Shown here: positions 49,855 through 62,514 of the stretch, piece after piece
How positions within the stretch are numbered: the stretch's first letter is position 1
Layout: each line of letters begins with the position of its first letter
Assembly: GCA_963775465.1 (NCBI GenBank)
Contig: CAVZIW010000004.1
Location: 32,001-96,000, forward strand
Source of the DNA: Candidatus Bathyarchaeota archaeon
GTDB lineage: Archaea; Thermoproteota; Bathyarchaeia; Bathyarchaeales; Bathycorpusculaceae
DNA: 64,000 nucleotides
Reading direction: 5' to 3'
Program-made: the position numbers and the translations under genes
Notes under the pieces: generated by a model
Seen by the model: the letters and a program-made list of their open reading frames with translations, nothing else
Told to the model about the DNA's origin: nothing
The model's database searches: none

Positions 49855-50574
49855 ATGGGAAAATACATCATCAAAAGAGTCTACCTATTTCTTATTGTTG
49901 TGTTAATCATCTTAAGCATCATATTGGTTGAATCTGCATTTGCTCAACCAGTACCCAAACCCTCGGTACCTGAATTCAGCATAGTGCCAGTTGGACCACC
50001 TTTTGACATACCGCCAACTTATTCATTTAATTCAAGAACTGGACTGTTTGATGCTAACGAGGGCTATCACATCCAATATAGCACAGTAAACATAATTATA
50101 AAGAATCAACTTTTCTCAAACCAATCAAGCAACGATAATTTATATTATAACGTGCGCATACGCCCTCATAACTATCCAGACAGCTATTGGCAAGAAATTT
50201 TCTACGCAGGTTCAGACGGTTATCCCGTCCAGACGCTTGCTAATTATACAACAATACCCATTGCGGTGGAGGGGTCGCAAGCTATAGGCCCCATTATCTC
50301 TGCTGGCGCTACAACTGACATTGAGGTCGAGGCAATGATAGGACATATTGGACGAAATAACACAATGATTCCATATCCCTATCCATACGTATTTTTCGGG
50401 GAAACAAGCGGATGGAGCAACACACAAACAGTGACCTTACCCCCAAAAGCCGCCTTAACGGTATCACCGAGCCCATCTCCACCTGTTCCAGAGTTTTCAT
50501 TGTATATAATTTTACTCTTGTTCATATCAATCCTCACAATTGTAGTCTTAATTAAAAAAAGAACACAATTCTAA
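49855..50574 (+). CDS. Secreted protein with PEF-CTERM-like sorting signal
   Basis: Signal peptide; PKPSVPEF...SGWSNTQTVT; C-terminal VPEF-hydrophobic helix-KKR. Confidence 0.8.
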   Translation: MGKYIIKRVYLFLIVVLIILSIILVESAFAQPVPKPSVPEFSIVPVGPPFDIPPTYSFNSRTGLFDANEGYHIQYSTVNIIIKNQLFSNQSSNDNLYYNVRIRPHNYPDSYWQEIFYAGSDGYPVQTLANYTTIPIAVEGSQAIGPIISAGATTDIEVEAMIGHIGRNNTMIPYPYPYVFFGETSGWSNTQTVTLPPKAALTVSPSPSPPVPEFSLYIILLLFISILTIVVLIKKRTQF

Positions 50575-50674
50575 AAAAGGTAAATACTAAACAGGATTTT
50601 AAACAGAATACTTCATTTTCGGATATATTCCGCAGACCGTAACTATGCTTATTATATATTAGTATTACAGATAC

Positions 50675-50794
50675 ATGAAGGCGAAGCACGTGAGCGACCA
50701 AGAACCAAAAGTCAAACAAATACTCATCAAATTTGGATATTCTGAAAAAATTGCTAACAAAGTTGAAGCTTGGTACAAAGCTCCACCCAACTAA
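50675..50794 (+). CDS. Microprotein (39 aa)
   Basis: TATA-like TTATATAT upstream; ...KQILIKFGYSEKIANKVEAWYKAPPN. Confidence 0.45.
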   Translation: MKAKHVSDQEPKVKQILIKFGYSEKIANKVEAWYKAPPN

Positions 50795-50838
50795 GCTTAT
50801 CTAAAAAGAATGTTATTTTAAATTAGTTGTTAAAGGTT

Positions 50839-51348
50839 TCAACACATAATTTTGAAATAGTTTGCAGAAAGACCTTCTGCAGATAAAATCCTAATTTCAT
50901 ACGTATGTCCGAACGATATTCCTTCTGAAAATGTGAACAATAAGTTAACGCTGGAAAATGCAGGCATTATAATCTCATTTTCAAGTTTCGCAGAATTATA
51001 ATTAACCAAGATACTATCTATTGAAACGTTTTGTGAGCCGTCGTTTGAAACCGTGACAACAAATGTTGATGAACTTACATTTTCTTCAACCCGTGCAATG
51101 GCTAGTTTCTCTGTGCTTGGAGAAAACGAAGAATCGGACAAACGGGCGGAGGGCACACTTAAAAGATTAGAAAGATCAGACGTTGATGAATGAGGAATTA
51201 ACTTTACTGCAACCTCCAAAGAAGCAAAATGAAAAGCACCATCTCCGGCACTGTCTGTTTCTTGAACTAAAACACCCACTGAAACTACGCTCAAAACTAG
51301 AACAGTAATTATGATTAAAAAGGCCAATAGATTTTTTCGAATAAGCAT
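50839..51348 (-). CDS. N-terminally anchored secreted protein (pilin/Ig-like C-terminus)
   Basis: Hydrophobic N-terminus; VTVSNDGSQNVSIDSILVN...YEIRILSAEG. Confidence 0.6.
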   Translation of the reverse strand: MLIRKNLLAFLIIITVLVLSVVSVGVLVQETDSAGDGAFHFASLEVAVKLIPHSSTSDLSNLLSVPSARLSDSSFSPSTEKLAIARVEENVSSSTFVVTVSNDGSQNVSIDSILVNYNSAKLENEIIMPAFSSVNLLFTFSEGISFGHTYEIRILSAEGLSANYFKIMC

Positions 51349-51446
51349 TACATCATCAAATCAACAATTCCATGGTTAACGGTATATCGTTTATGAATTT
51401 CAAATAACGATTAAAAAAATATACTGACTGCACCCTGTGCTTATAA

Positions 51447-52088
51447 GTGCCGAGCCTCTACCTTTTCAACAAGAGGCAGCGGCCGCAAATGTTGATAATA
51501 GAGCTAATAATTCTCTTCCTCACAGCTTTTGGGCTAAACCTCATCCCTTTCGCCGGCCCCTCCAATTTACTAATAGCATCCACTGCTGCCGTTGGAATAA
51601 CCAGCTCAGATCCAATAACCTTGTTTTCCATAGGCTTAACAATAGCCATAGCTGCTGCCTTAGCTAAAGGGATCTACTATGGCATCACGTTTTTTGTAAG
51701 CAAACATCTGAGTGAAAAAAGACAAGCACACTTAGACGCTGAAGCGTCAAAGGTCAAACGTTGGGCGTTTCTTCTGCTGTTCTTGGCTGCAGCCACACCT
51801 ATTCCTGATGAACCCATAGTAATTCCGCTTGGCTTAATGAAATACAACCTAGCAAAATTCTTTACAGCATTCTTTTTAGGCAAACTTTCTATCACTGTCG
51901 CAGGCGCATTTTTCGGCAACATAGCCGCAGGGTACTTCTCAAATTGGCTAAGCCCAACAGCAATGGTAATAATCTCAATAATCCTAACAGTCCTCATCAC
52001 CATTTTCTTGCTGAAAGTAGATTTCGGCAAACTAGCAGAAAAACTTTTCAAAAAGAAACCAAAAGCGACAAAACAAGAAAAACTATAA
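51447..52088 (+). CDS. DedA/VTT family membrane protein
   Basis: NLIPFAGP, FLAAATPIPDE...PLGLMKY...GK. Confidence 0.8.
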   Translation: MPSLYLFNKRQRPQMLIIELIILFLTAFGLNLIPFAGPSNLLIASTAAVGITSSDPITLFSIGLTIAIAAALAKGIYYGITFFVSKHLSEKRQAHLDAEASKVKRWAFLLLFLAAATPIPDEPIVIPLGLMKYNLAKFFTAFFLGKLSITVAGAFFGNIAAGYFSNWLSPTAMVIISIILTVLITIFLLKVDFGKLAEKLFKKKPKATKQEKL

Positions 52089-52122
52089 TACCCAGCCAAG
52101 AACCCACATAGACAAGATAAAC

Positions 52123-52626
52123 ATGCCGACAAAACAACGCCGATACCTACTTAGGACAAAAGAAGCAAAGCAAATCATCGAAAACGCAATAAAAACCTTA
52201 AAAATCGATTTCGAAGTGGCATTTGACCCCAAAACAACAATGGAAATTGTCGAATCAGATGTAGGCGAAATCTACCTAATCTCAGGAAAACCCACTTTGT
52301 TTAAAGCTGCTGAAAAAGTTATGCCCACCCTGCTCTTTTCTGAATTTTCCCTTAAAGCTCCTAAAATAGTAGTCGATATGGGTGCCATTCCATATGTCTG
52401 CAAAGGCGCCACCGTTATGGCACCAGGAATCGTACGGATTGAGGGTAACTTCAAAAAAGAAGACATTACAGTAATTGTGGACATGAAGCACGGAAAAACT
52501 TTAGCTATTGGCGAAGCCCTTATGGACTCAGAAACCGCAAGGCAAACCAAAAAAGGACCCATCGCCAAGAACCTACATTATGTCGGCGACAAAGTCTGGG
52601 ACTACATCAAAACCTTAAGCGAATAG
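52123..52626 (+). CDS. PUA-domain RNA-binding protein (DUF1947/MCT-1-like)
   Basis: VVDMGAIPYVCKGATVMAPGI, LHYVGDKVW. Confidence 0.9.
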   Translation: MPTKQRRYLLRTKEAKQIIENAIKTLKIDFEVAFDPKTTMEIVESDVGEIYLISGKPTLFKAAEKVMPTLLFSEFSLKAPKIVVDMGAIPYVCKGATVMAPGIVRIEGNFKKEDITVIVDMKHGKTLAIGEALMDSETARQTKKGPIAKNLHYVGDKVWDYIKTLSE

Positions 52627-52822
52627 ACAACCAAAGCCCTACCTATTTAAATAAAGACTAACAGGCGCAAATTCCTCGCAGGGAACATCCACAGAAGATG
52701 CTGCTGATGCTGCAACACGATTTTGAATTTCAACTGTTGCATCTTTCAAAGGTAAACCCAAAGCATACAACTTATCATAAGCAGAAACACAAGTTTTCTC
52801 AAACAAAAAGTGCTCTTCTTAT

Positions 52823-53785
52823 TCAGTCCGTGTCTGATTCCTTTCTAAGCTGAATCGACGGAAACCCCGTAATCGTGACGGTTGAAGAGGCGATTTGTAT
52901 GTTTTCAGATTTCTCAATTTCCAAGAGTATAATTCTACTAAGTCGGTCATGAAGAGCTCGACGGGTTCTCACTTCAGTTACATAACGAATACCAAAGGTT
53001 ATCCAGTTGTCTGTGAGCGTTATGAAAATTGTTGGTTCAAGAGACCTCTTCGTAAAATAGTATTTGCCCTCAAGTTTCTCCATTATCCTTTGGGAGTTTT
53101 CTCCGACTTGCGCGGTTTCTTTTTTAACAATTTCAAGAATCACATTAGCCGCATGATTCCAGTCACTATCATAAGTTATAGGCAAAGTAATTTCGTCCCA
53201 GATGAAATCAAAGTCACGAGTATAGTTTTGCAAAGCACCAGTCAACACGCCCCCATTTGGAATAATAGTTAATCTGCCAGTGTTCTGATCCCCTGAAACC
53301 CACTCCCGCATCTCCATCAACGTCGTATAAAAAACCCCCACATCGATTACATCACCGAACTTCTGGTTAAGCTCAATTCGGTCCCCAACACGGTAGAGCC
53401 CATTCAAAAAAATCATCAACCCACCAATGAAATTCTTAAATATATCTTGAATTGCAAAAGCAACTGCCGCTCCAATTAACCCAAAAGCAAGCAAGATATT
53501 TTGAGTTTCCACAATCCAAATGCCAACAAAAACAGCTAAAAATACACCCGCACCTAAGACAGAAAACACTTTCCGCAGAGAATACCTTGTCTTTGAGTCC
53601 TTGATTCTTTTGGCTAAAATCTCTTCAAAAAAGATCCAAAACAAAAAGTAAACAATGGATAGAGCCGAAAAGCTGTAGGCAGTGTTCTGCAGGTAAACTT
53701 CAGGGTACTGGAAGTTGAGAAACAAAAGTAAAACGCTGAGCAAAACAAAGAAAACCAAAACTCCAAGCCTAGAACGTTTAACCAA
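52823..53785 (-). CDS. Mechanosensitive channel MscS family
   Basis: GAAVAFAIQD, YRVGDRIE, GDVIDVG, TGRLTIIPN. Confidence 0.9.
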   Translation of the reverse strand: MVKRSRLGVLVFFVLLSVLLLFLNFQYPEVYLQNTAYSFSALSIVYFLFWIFFEEILAKRIKDSKTRYSLRKVFSVLGAGVFLAVFVGIWIVETQNILLAFGLIGAAVAFAIQDIFKNFIGGLMIFLNGLYRVGDRIELNQKFGDVIDVGVFYTTLMEMREWVSGDQNTGRLTIIPNGGVLTGALQNYTRDFDFIWDEITLPITYDSDWNHAANVILEIVKKETAQVGENSQRIMEKLEGKYYFTKRSLEPTIFITLTDNWITFGIRYVTEVRTRRALHDRLSRIILLEIEKSENIQIASSTVTITGFPSIQLRKESDTD

Positions 53786-53866
53786 CCAATCCCCAACTAT
53801 TATTCAAAGACAGTAGACATTAATAACTAATTCCACACAAACCACAACAACCAAAAAACAACTGTT

Positions 53867-54328
53867 CTATCTCAATTGGGAGGCAATCAATTTGCCAAAT
53901 TCAATACACCTAGACAATTCACCATCAATTACAGGACCCGAAACCCCTTTTACATGAACTGACAACGACGTCTCCAACAACATCACATCGGGCAATTTTT
54001 CCTTGACCATACACACCATTTTCTTAACTGACCGATCCAAAAGTCGCTCTTTTCCCGCATAAGTACCAAAAACCGCCACCTTCTTACCTTTCAAACCAAG
54101 CAAACCAAGCTTATTGATAAATTTCTTCATCGTTTGACTGGGCCTTCCCATATGATTTGGCGCACCCAAAAAAATCACGTCATAATTTACTGCACACTGA
54201 ACATTAACAGAATTAACATATCCAAAATCAACATCTACACCCTCATTGCGCAAACCCTCCGCAACCTTCTCCGCCGCTAACTTTGTGTTACCATACTTTG
54301 AATCATAAAAAATAAACGCTTTAACCAA
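53867..54328 (-). CDS. Flavodoxin-like protein
   Basis: YDSKYGNT, LGAPNHMG, AVFGTY. Confidence 0.85.
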   Translation of the reverse strand: MVKAFIFYDSKYGNTKLAAEKVAEGLRNEGVDVDFGYVNSVNVQCAVNYDVIFLGAPNHMGRPSQTMKKFINKLGLLGLKGKKVAVFGTYAGKERLLDRSVKKMVCMVKEKLPDVMLLETSLSVHVKGVSGPVIDGELSRCIEFGKLIASQLR

Positions 54329-54490
54329 AAACACGACCCCAAGTATACTGTGACTTACAGAGCGATCCAAATAAAACTTGACCCTAACATATAAGGGATT
54401 TTCTAAATCACTCTAAAAAGGTATGAAAAAATAATTTCAACAAACATAGCCATCAAAAAATTAGAAAGATTGAAACCCTATCTAAACTAT

Positions 54491-54518
54491 AATTGCTCAT
54501 TTTGGGCTTTGACGTATA
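54491..54518 (-). other. 3' arm of the 16S processing stem (pairs with 56193-56230)
   Basis: AATTGCTCA-TT-TTGGGCTTTGACGTATA is the reverse complement of TATACGTCAAAGCCCAA...TGAGCAATT. Confidence 0.85.
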
Positions 54519-54579
54519 CCTGGTGTTCTAATGTTCTCCTTGCTCCTCCAATCAAGCACGCAATACGCGAACTTTACTT

Positions 54580-56073
<1,494 letters not shown>

Positions 56074-56384
56074 TATGCACTCCATGTTGTTCCGTCGGAT
56101 CATGTGTTTTTTGTGTGGTACGAATATTTTGACACTTTTTTGTTTCTCGCATTTTGTGCTTAACTGGATTTGGAGGGAGAAACATTCCACTCTATACGTC
56201 AAAGCCCAATTCAGACCTAACTGAGCAATTAATCAGGTCCACATATCATATTTTTGTCCCCGCAACTGGAGGCCAACTCCATCATCCCTGTAAGGCGTAA
56301 TCGCCGTTTCGGTACGGGTTGAGCCGCCGCCATGTGAAAATTGCGGGGCTAGCAATTATAGCTGAATTCTAACAGAAGTTCACT

Positions 56385-56402
56385 CTGCAAATATAAACAT
56401 TC
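56385..56402 (-). promoter_or_regulatory. Putative BRE-TATA of the 16S transcription unit
   Basis: Minus strand GAATG-TTTATAT upstream of a GC-rich structured leader (CCCCGCAA...TTGCGGGG inverted repeat). Confidence 0.55.
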
Positions 56403-56716
56403 CGTTTGCATTGACTTAAACATCGTAACAAACGCTAAATCTCGCCAAATCCAATTTTTCATCAACTAACTTTGGATTTGAGATTGTTGTGTTGCATTTT
56501 AAATCTTTTTAGCGGTTCTTTTGCAGAAAAAATTTTTGGGGATTGAACTAAAGGTTGATCAGGCATAGTTTTGCACACGTTACTAATTTGCCAATCAAAT
56601 CTTTGAGTGTAGCCAGCGCGTATAGGTTTCTTTGTTTTGTATTTAGCCATCAACTTTTATCGAAAACGAACCTTTTTTGAGAACTAAATATAATAAATAC
56701 TTAAAAAGTAACTCAC

Positions 56717-56923
56717 ATGAACTTGTAAGCGCTTAGAATACCTGTTTTTGAATGTAAAGTTTGCGGTCGTAGAGTGCGATTGGAGTTTGAAGTTTCTCGT
56801 ACGGGAGATGCTAAAGTAACGTTGAGAAAGCACGTTGGTGCTGCGGTGAAGAAATGCTTGAATCAATCGACTATTGACACTATGCTAGCCAATTACAAAT
56901 CCAATCGCATAAATAGGAAATAG
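56717..56923 (+). pseudogene. Possible small zinc-binding ORF with early stop
   Basis: MNL*ALRIPVFECKVCGRR...KH...KC... Confidence 0.3.
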
Positions 56924-57054
56924 TCTGAGGTGTTTTGCTATAAAACGTTCAGGATTTTGTTTGCTTGAGTTCCGATACCGACTATTTGAAACAAGTCATT
57001 TAAAATATCCTTGGCATAAAAAGAGCAGAAAGGAATTAGTCCATTTTAAAAAAG

Positions 57055-57390
57055 TTAGAGTTTAAGCCAGAGCAAAATACCCATTATTAAACCGTAAATC
57101 GCTAAAGCCTCTGCCAAAGCTACTATGAGAAAAGCTCTAAAGAATGTCTCAGGCCTCTCTGCAAGGGCGCTAACAGTAGCGCTCCCAACAGCGGAAATAG
57201 CATAACTTGCACCCAAAGCTGACAAGCCAACGGCTAAACCAGCAGCAATTGCTATACCAATTTTGTCATATACTCCCCCAGTAGCAGTTTGGGCTTGAAC
57301 TGTTGTTACAGTATAAGCTGCAGCAATCCCAATTATTGGCAGAAGTACTAATGGTAAAATAAGGAAAAGGATGAGTATTCTTGGTTTCAA
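57055..57390 (-). CDS. atpK: A/V-type ATP synthase proteolipid subunit K (c)
   Basis: GLAVGLSALGAS...AERPE...ALAEALAIYGL; N-terminal signal-like helix. Confidence 0.9.
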   Translation of the reverse strand: MKPRILILFLILPLVLLPIIGIAAAYTVTTVQAQTATGGVYDKIGIAIAAGLAVGLSALGASYAISAVGSATVSALAERPETFFRAFLIVALAEALAIYGLIMGILLWLKL

Positions 57391-57440
57391 ATTATTTCGC
57401 CTACTAATTAGTCAACACATTCTAAGTATTAACTTTTGTC

Positions 57441-57620
57441 TTACTCTTCGAAGCGACATTTTTCCGATGGGGATTGATTTATATTTTCTCCTGTTTTTTC
57501 AGCTTCTTTTCTTACTTTTTCGACTTTTTCTTTTATTTTTTGTATTTCTTCTTTTGCCTTATTTTCGATGGATTTGTTGTATTCTACGTAGTCCTTTTCC
57601 AGTTTTTTCTTAATTGACAT
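57441..57620 (-). CDS. Short Lys/Glu-rich helical protein, possibly peripheral-stalk subunit H-like (59 aa)
   Basis: Hand translation MSIKKKLEKDYVEYNKSIENKAKEEIQKIKEKVEKVRKEAEK...; lies in the operon between usp and atpK. Confidence 0.45.
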   Translation of the reverse strand: MSIKKKLEKDYVEYNKSIENKAKEEIQKIKEKVEKVRKEAEKTGENINQSPSEKCRFEE

Positions 57621-57632
57621 TTTCGTTCCTGC

Positions 57633-58076
57633 CTATTTCACGACTAAAACTGGACAAGTTGCGTATTCAATTACACGTTGAGTAACACTGCCAATGAGAA
57701 TCCTTTCGGCACCTCGACGCCCCAAGGTACCCATCACTATCATATCCATGTTTAATTCGTTTACTAATTGCAGAATTTTTTCAAATGGTGTTCCTTTTGC
57801 AACCAAAGAAGTAGCTTTTATCCCAGCTTGCTCTGCTATACCAAGAACATAATTGATGTAGCGTTCACCGTTTTGTTTTAATTCACGTTCAACGTCTTCC
57901 TGTTTGGTTGTTTTCTCAAGGTGATCTAGAACCAACATATCGATTACATAGACAAACGTAACGTGAGCACCCAACATCTTAGCCATACTGATTCCTAACT
58001 CTGCGGCTCGTATGCTATGATTTGAGCCGTCGGTTGGAATCAAAATATTTTTTAATTTCTCAAATTCTAAACTCAA
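57633..58076 (-). CDS. Universal stress protein
   Basis: ILIPTDGS, IVMGTLGRRG...LIGSVTQRVI...CPVLVVK. Confidence 0.92.
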   Translation of the reverse strand: MSLEFEKLKNILIPTDGSNHSIRAAELGISMAKMLGAHVTFVYVIDMLVLDHLEKTTKQEDVERELKQNGERYINYVLGIAEQAGIKATSLVAKGTPFEKILQLVNELNMDMIVMGTLGRRGAERILIGSVTQRVIEYATCPVLVVK

Positions 58077-58708
58077 CTTTGACCATGCTCCTTAATCATG
58101 TGTTTAATTCTTTTAGTTCTGACAAATTCTTCTCTTTCTTTCTCTTCCAATACTTGCTCAATACGTTTAACCGTGTTACGGTACTTTGGAATGAGAACGT
58201 AATTTAAAGCGTTTACACGCCGCTGAGTTTTATGGACATCGTTGGCAATTTGGAAAACTGTTCCTTCGGCTCTCGCTAATTCAGCTATGAAATCAAGCAC
58301 TTTATAAAATTGATTAAATGCCATGTCCAATTCTGCACTGGTGTTGGCAAATCCATAATCAGGCTTAGCGTCGATTTCTCTGTGAAACTCTATAATCGGA
58401 ACCGTTACCCCCATTATACTGCGATAGTCCATCAGGAAGTCAGCTTTGAAACTTGAACCTAAGGCCACGTTTTCTACAGTCTCTGAGCCCTTAGCTAATT
58501 GAGCCTTCATCAAATTGCTGTAGGCAATCGAAAGTGCTCCAACTAGTTCTTCTCTGGCTTTTTGCGCCTCAAAAATGCTGGTTCTTAGCTCACGAAGTAA
58601 TATATCACGTTTTCGCTCCAAGATATCTCGTCCGGAGTCAGCAAGGCTTAAGGTTCGTTTTGTTTGGATAAGGTTGATTCTTGTTGCGCTAACGTTTTCT
58701 AGCGACAT
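58073..58708 (-). CDS. atpD: A/V-type ATP synthase subunit D
   Basis: ATRINL...G.DILERKRDIL, TQRRVNAL, LEEKEREEF. Confidence 0.93.
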   Translation of the reverse strand: MSLENVSATRINLIQTKRTLSLADSGRDILERKRDILLRELRTSIFEAQKAREELVGALSIAYSNLMKAQLAKGSETVENVALGSSFKADFLMDYRSIMGVTVPIIEFHREIDAKPDYGFANTSAELDMAFNQFYKVLDFIAELARAEGTVFQIANDVHKTQRRVNALNYVLIPKYRNTVKRIEQVLEEKEREEFVRTKRIKHMIKEHGQS

Positions 58709-60103
58709 TTAAGTTACCTCATTTTTGGTTCTCGGAGAGAACTGCTTTATGAATTCAGCGTGGATTCCTGTTAGTTCCATCTCTGATAGAGCAGCTAAGG
58801 TGTCCCAAGCGATAGAAAGTGTTTGTTCAATACTTCGGTTTTCAGTTTTTCCTTGGTTAATCAAGTTGTGTTCAAATCGCTCGCCAAAACGCAAGTACTC
58901 TTTATCTCTGCTTCCCAAACCTTCTTCTCCGATGATTGTTACTAGAGACTTGACTGCGTTGTATTGAGAGTAGGCCGAGTAAAGTTGGCTTGCAACATCT
59001 GCATGATCTTCTCTAGTTCTTCCTTTCCCTATTCCATCCTTCATTAGGCGCGAGAGACTTGTGGTTATGTAAATTGGAGGATAGATGCCTTGTTTTTCTA
59101 AAGATCGTGAAAGAACTATTTGTCCTTCAGTAATGTAACCTGTTAAGTCTGGGATAGGGTGGGTTATGTCATCATTGGGCATTGTAAGAATCGGCATTTG
59201 CGTAATTGAGCCTTTTTTTCCTTCAATTCGCCCAGCCCTTTCATAGAGACTTGCTAGGTCACTGTACATATATCCCGGATAGCCCTTTCGGCTTGGAACC
59301 TCCTCCATAGAAGCGCTGACTTCACGCAGCGCCTCACAGTAGTTAGTCATATCAGTCAACAATACGAGAACATGTGAATCTTGCTCGTAAGCCAAGTATT
59401 CTGCCAACGTCAAACCAGCTCGAGGAGTGATAATGCGTTCCACAGGCGGGTCTTCTGCCAAATTGAGAAACATAGCTACATTCTTTATAGCGCCTGTTTC
59501 TTCGAAGCTGTTTCGGAAAAAAGCTGCGTCATCGTGTTCCAACCCCATTGCGATGAAAACTATATAAAATTCTTCGCCTCCGCCCCGAATCTTAGCTTGT
59601 CTCACAATTTGAGCAGCTAGCTCGTTGTGAGACAAACCAGGTCCGCTGAAAACTGGAAGCTTCTGGCCACGCACAAGGCTAGTTAGCCCATCAATTGCTG
59701 AGATTCCTGTTTGAATGAAGTCTCGTGGGTATTCTCTTGCAATGGGGTTTAGAGGATAACCGTTTACATTCCTTCTCTCTTCAGTGAAATAGCGAGGATG
59801 CCCATCGATGGGTTCTCCAAAACTGTTCATTACTCGCCCCAGCATTTCTGTGGAAACCGGCACTTCCAAGGGTCTGCCAAGAAAGCGGGTACGGGTCTGT
59901 GAAGGTGACAAACCTGTGGTTCCTTCAAAAACCTGAATTGTTACAGCCTTCTGATTTACCTCTATGACCCTACCGAGCCTCGTTTCGCCTGTTTGCACTT
60001 TAACAGAAACAAGTTCATTGAAACCAACGCTGTGAACGTTTTCGACAACAATTATAGGACCAGAAATTGAAGCAAGCCCTTTGTATTCTAAGTCGCCCGA
60101 CAT
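58709..60103 (-). CDS. atpB: A/V-type ATP synthase subunit B
   Basis: [43 protein letters not shown]. Confidence 0.96.
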   Translation of the reverse strand: MSGDLEYKGLASISGPIIVVENVHSVGFNELVSVKVQTGETRLGRVIEVNQKAVTIQVFEGTTGLSPSQTRTRFLGRPLEVPVSTEMLGRVMNSFGEPIDGHPRYFTEERRNVNGYPLNPIAREYPRDFIQTGISAIDGLTSLVRGQKLPVFSGPGLSHNELAAQIVRQAKIRGGGEEFYIVFIAMGLEHDDAAFFRNSFEETGAIKNVAMFLNLAEDPPVERIITPRAGLTLAEYLAYEQDSHVLVLLTDMTNYCEALREVSASMEEVPSRKGYPGYMYSDLASLYERAGRIEGKKGSITQMPILTMPNDDITHPIPDLTGYITEGQIVLSRSLEKQGIYPPIYITTSLSRLMKDGIGKGRTREDHADVASQLYSAYSQYNAVKSLVTIIGEEGLGSRDKEYLRFGERFEHNLINQGKTENRSIEQTLSIAWDTLAALSEMELTGIHAEFIKQFSPRTKNEVT

Positions 60104-60107
60104 AATC

Positions 60108-61877
60108 TTACCTCAAGCTTGCCTCCAACTCTTCGAAACGTTGACGCATTCTAACCGCCAAATTATCCAAATCATCTACTTTTTCGTTGGGTATTGTTAT
60201 TTTCATGCGTAAAATTTCCTGCAATATCGGCAACTGAGTAACCTTGAATACAGGTGCGCCTTTACCCACTATTCGTTCCGCCAACTTGTGGAATTCCATA
60301 ATTATCTTCAGCATTTTAAACTGTTTTTGAGGAGAACAATAAGTATCAACTGCGTCCAGAGCGTTCTGTTGCAGGAAAGCGATACGAAGGACCCGAGCTG
60401 TCTCTAAAATCAAACGCTGACGGTCAGGCAAAGCTTCAGGACCAACCAGTTTAACGATATTTTTCAGCTCATCCTCGGATTGGAGTGTTCGCATCGCTTC
60501 TTCGCGGTAACTATTCCATTCCTTATCAACTTTCTTGTTCCACCAACCAGCAAGTTCTGTGATATACCCGCTATAGCTTTGCATCCAATTTATCGCTGGA
60601 TAGTGACGTGCATCCGCCAATTCAGGATCTAAAGCCCAAAAGACACGTGTGAACCTTTTTGTGTGCTGAGTTACAGGTTCTGAAAAATCGCCTCCTGGAG
60701 GAGAAACGGCACCAATTGCGCTAATTGAACCATTCCGCTTTTCGGTTCCCATTGTTTCCATTACACCTGTACGTTCGTAAAATTCTGCTAGCCTCGAAGG
60801 CAAATAGCTTGGGAACCCCTCTTCGGCGGGCATTTCTTCTAAACGTCCTGAAACTTCCCTAAGAGCTTCTGCCCATCGGCTAGTTGAATCTGCCATCAAA
60901 GCCACAGCATAACCCATATCACGGTAGTATTCAGCAATTGTTATACCCGTGTAAATGCTGGCTTCTCGGGCGGAAACCGGCATGTTGCTCGTATTAGCTA
61001 TTAATATTGTTCGTTCCATAAGCGGGTGACCGGAGGTTGGGTCGATTAATTTGGGAAAACTCGTAAGTACATCGACCATTTCATTTCCGCGTTCTCCGCA
61101 ACCTACATAGATTATTAGGTTTGCATCTGACCATTTAGCAAGCTGTTGTTGAGTGATTGTTTTTCCTGTGCCAAAGCCTCCTGGAATAGAGGCACTTCCA
61201 CCTTTAGCAATTGGAAAGAATGTGTCAATAACGCGTTGCCCTGTGATTAGCGGAACTGATGTAGGGAGACGACGGGTATAAGGACGGGGTTTTCTAACAG
61301 GCCACTTTTGCAGCATAGTTAGTTCTGTCTTGGCTTCGTTTGTTTGTATTGTGGCGATTGTCTCCGTAATTGTGTACTCACCTTCTGAGGTTAATTGAAC
61401 GAGTTTCCCACTAGCATTTGGCGGAATGGTGATTTTGTGTTCTACTAGGTCAGTTTCGTTAACTGTTCCTAGAACGTCACCGCTAGTAAGTTGTGTTCCG
61501 ACTTTAGCTTTCGGCGTAAATTGCCATTTCATATCCCGAGAAAGTGGTTTTAGTTGGCCCGTGCGCTTGATAAACGGACCAGTCTCCAATTTCAAAACTT
61601 CCAAAGGTCGTTGTATACCGTCAAAGACATTCCCCACTAGACCAGGAGCCAGCTCAACCGAAAGAGGACTACCTGTCCCCAAAACAATTTCCCCAAGTTT
61701 CAGCCCAGATGTGTCTTGATAAACTTGTATTGTAGCAGTGCCTCGTTCCAGACGGATAATTTCTCCTATTAAACCCACACTACCTACTTCGACGAGTTCG
61801 TGCATCACTGATTGGTCCATGCCTTTGGCTTCAACAACTGGACCTGCAACGCGAATTACACTTCCCTCAGCTGTCAT
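60108..61877 (-). CDS. atpA: A/V-type ATP synthase subunit A (no intein)
   Basis: [40 protein letters not shown]. Confidence 0.97.
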   Translation of the reverse strand: MTAEGSVIRVAGPVVEAKGMDQSVMHELVEVGSVGLIGEIIRLERGTATIQVYQDTSGLKLGEIVLGTGSPLSVELAPGLVGNVFDGIQRPLEVLKLETGPFIKRTGQLKPLSRDMKWQFTPKAKVGTQLTSGDVLGTVNETDLVEHKITIPPNASGKLVQLTSEGEYTITETIATIQTNEAKTELTMLQKWPVRKPRPYTRRLPTSVPLITGQRVIDTFFPIAKGGSASIPGGFGTGKTITQQQLAKWSDANLIIYVGCGERGNEMVDVLTSFPKLIDPTSGHPLMERTILIANTSNMPVSAREASIYTGITIAEYYRDMGYAVALMADSTSRWAEALREVSGRLEEMPAEEGFPSYLPSRLAEFYERTGVMETMGTEKRNGSISAIGAVSPPGGDFSEPVTQHTKRFTRVFWALDPELADARHYPAINWMQSYSGYITELAGWWNKKVDKEWNSYREEAMRTLQSEDELKNIVKLVGPEALPDRQRLILETARVLRIAFLQQNALDAVDTYCSPQKQFKMLKIIMEFHKLAERIVGKGAPVFKVTQLPILQEILRMKITIPNEKVDDLDNLAVRMRQRFEELEASLR

Positions 61878-62501
61878 TTATTGCTCTTCCTCCACGAACA
61901 ATAGGTTTGCTATTTCGCTGCGAAGTGCAATTTTCAACTCAGCTAATCGATTGTCTAGTGTACCATCGTACGTTATGCTGCCATCGGCGGTTTGAGTTTT
62001 ATATCCGCCAATATAATTCGGGGTCTGATCAAGGAGAGTCAGGTTGATAGCCAATTTCTGAGACAAGTTCTTGAGGTTCCCGTTGGCGAGCCATTTTTTG
62101 TCTTTATAATTTACTTGAATTGTGAGGTTTTTGGATCCTATTTTTGAGGCTGCTTTTTTGATTTGTTCTGTCAAAAAGGTATAATACTCATCTGTTTCTG
62201 TAAAAGCTTTGAGTTTTTCTATGGCTATCTGGAAAGCTTGGTCAACTAGCTTTTCTTTAGTTTGAAGAAGAATATTTCTAACTTCAACGTCGGTCAACGA
62301 ATTAATTTTTTTTCTTTCAGCTTCAGCTTCAACTTGTGACTTATTAACTATTGACAAATAATTATGGTCCGCTTGCTCTCTTGAAATTTTCAGAGTTTTT
62401 TTTGCTTCGTTTTCAGCAGCAAAAATCAAAGCTTCTGCTTCTTTCTGAATGTCTCCTAACACTTCAACTGCAATAGCTACTAGACCATCTTTAACATTCA
62501 T
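61878..62501 (-). CDS. atpE: A/V-type ATP synthase subunit E
   Basis: N-terminal coiled coil; IGG...DG.ITYD.TLDNRL. Confidence 0.85.
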   Translation of the reverse strand: MNVKDGLVAIAVEVLGDIQKEAEALIFAAENEAKKTLKISREQADHNYLSIVNKSQVEAEAERKKINSLTDVEVRNILLQTKEKLVDQAFQIAIEKLKAFTETDEYYTFLTEQIKKAASKIGSKNLTIQVNYKDKKWLANGNLKNLSQKLAINLTLLDQTPNYIGGYKTQTADGSITYDGTLDNRLAELKIALRSEIANLLFVEEEQ

Positions 62502-62514
62502 GAATGTCTTCTAC

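Noticed and set aside
60108-61877. Intein in atpA
   Set aside because: Normal length (589 aa) and contiguous sequence after the Walker A motif.
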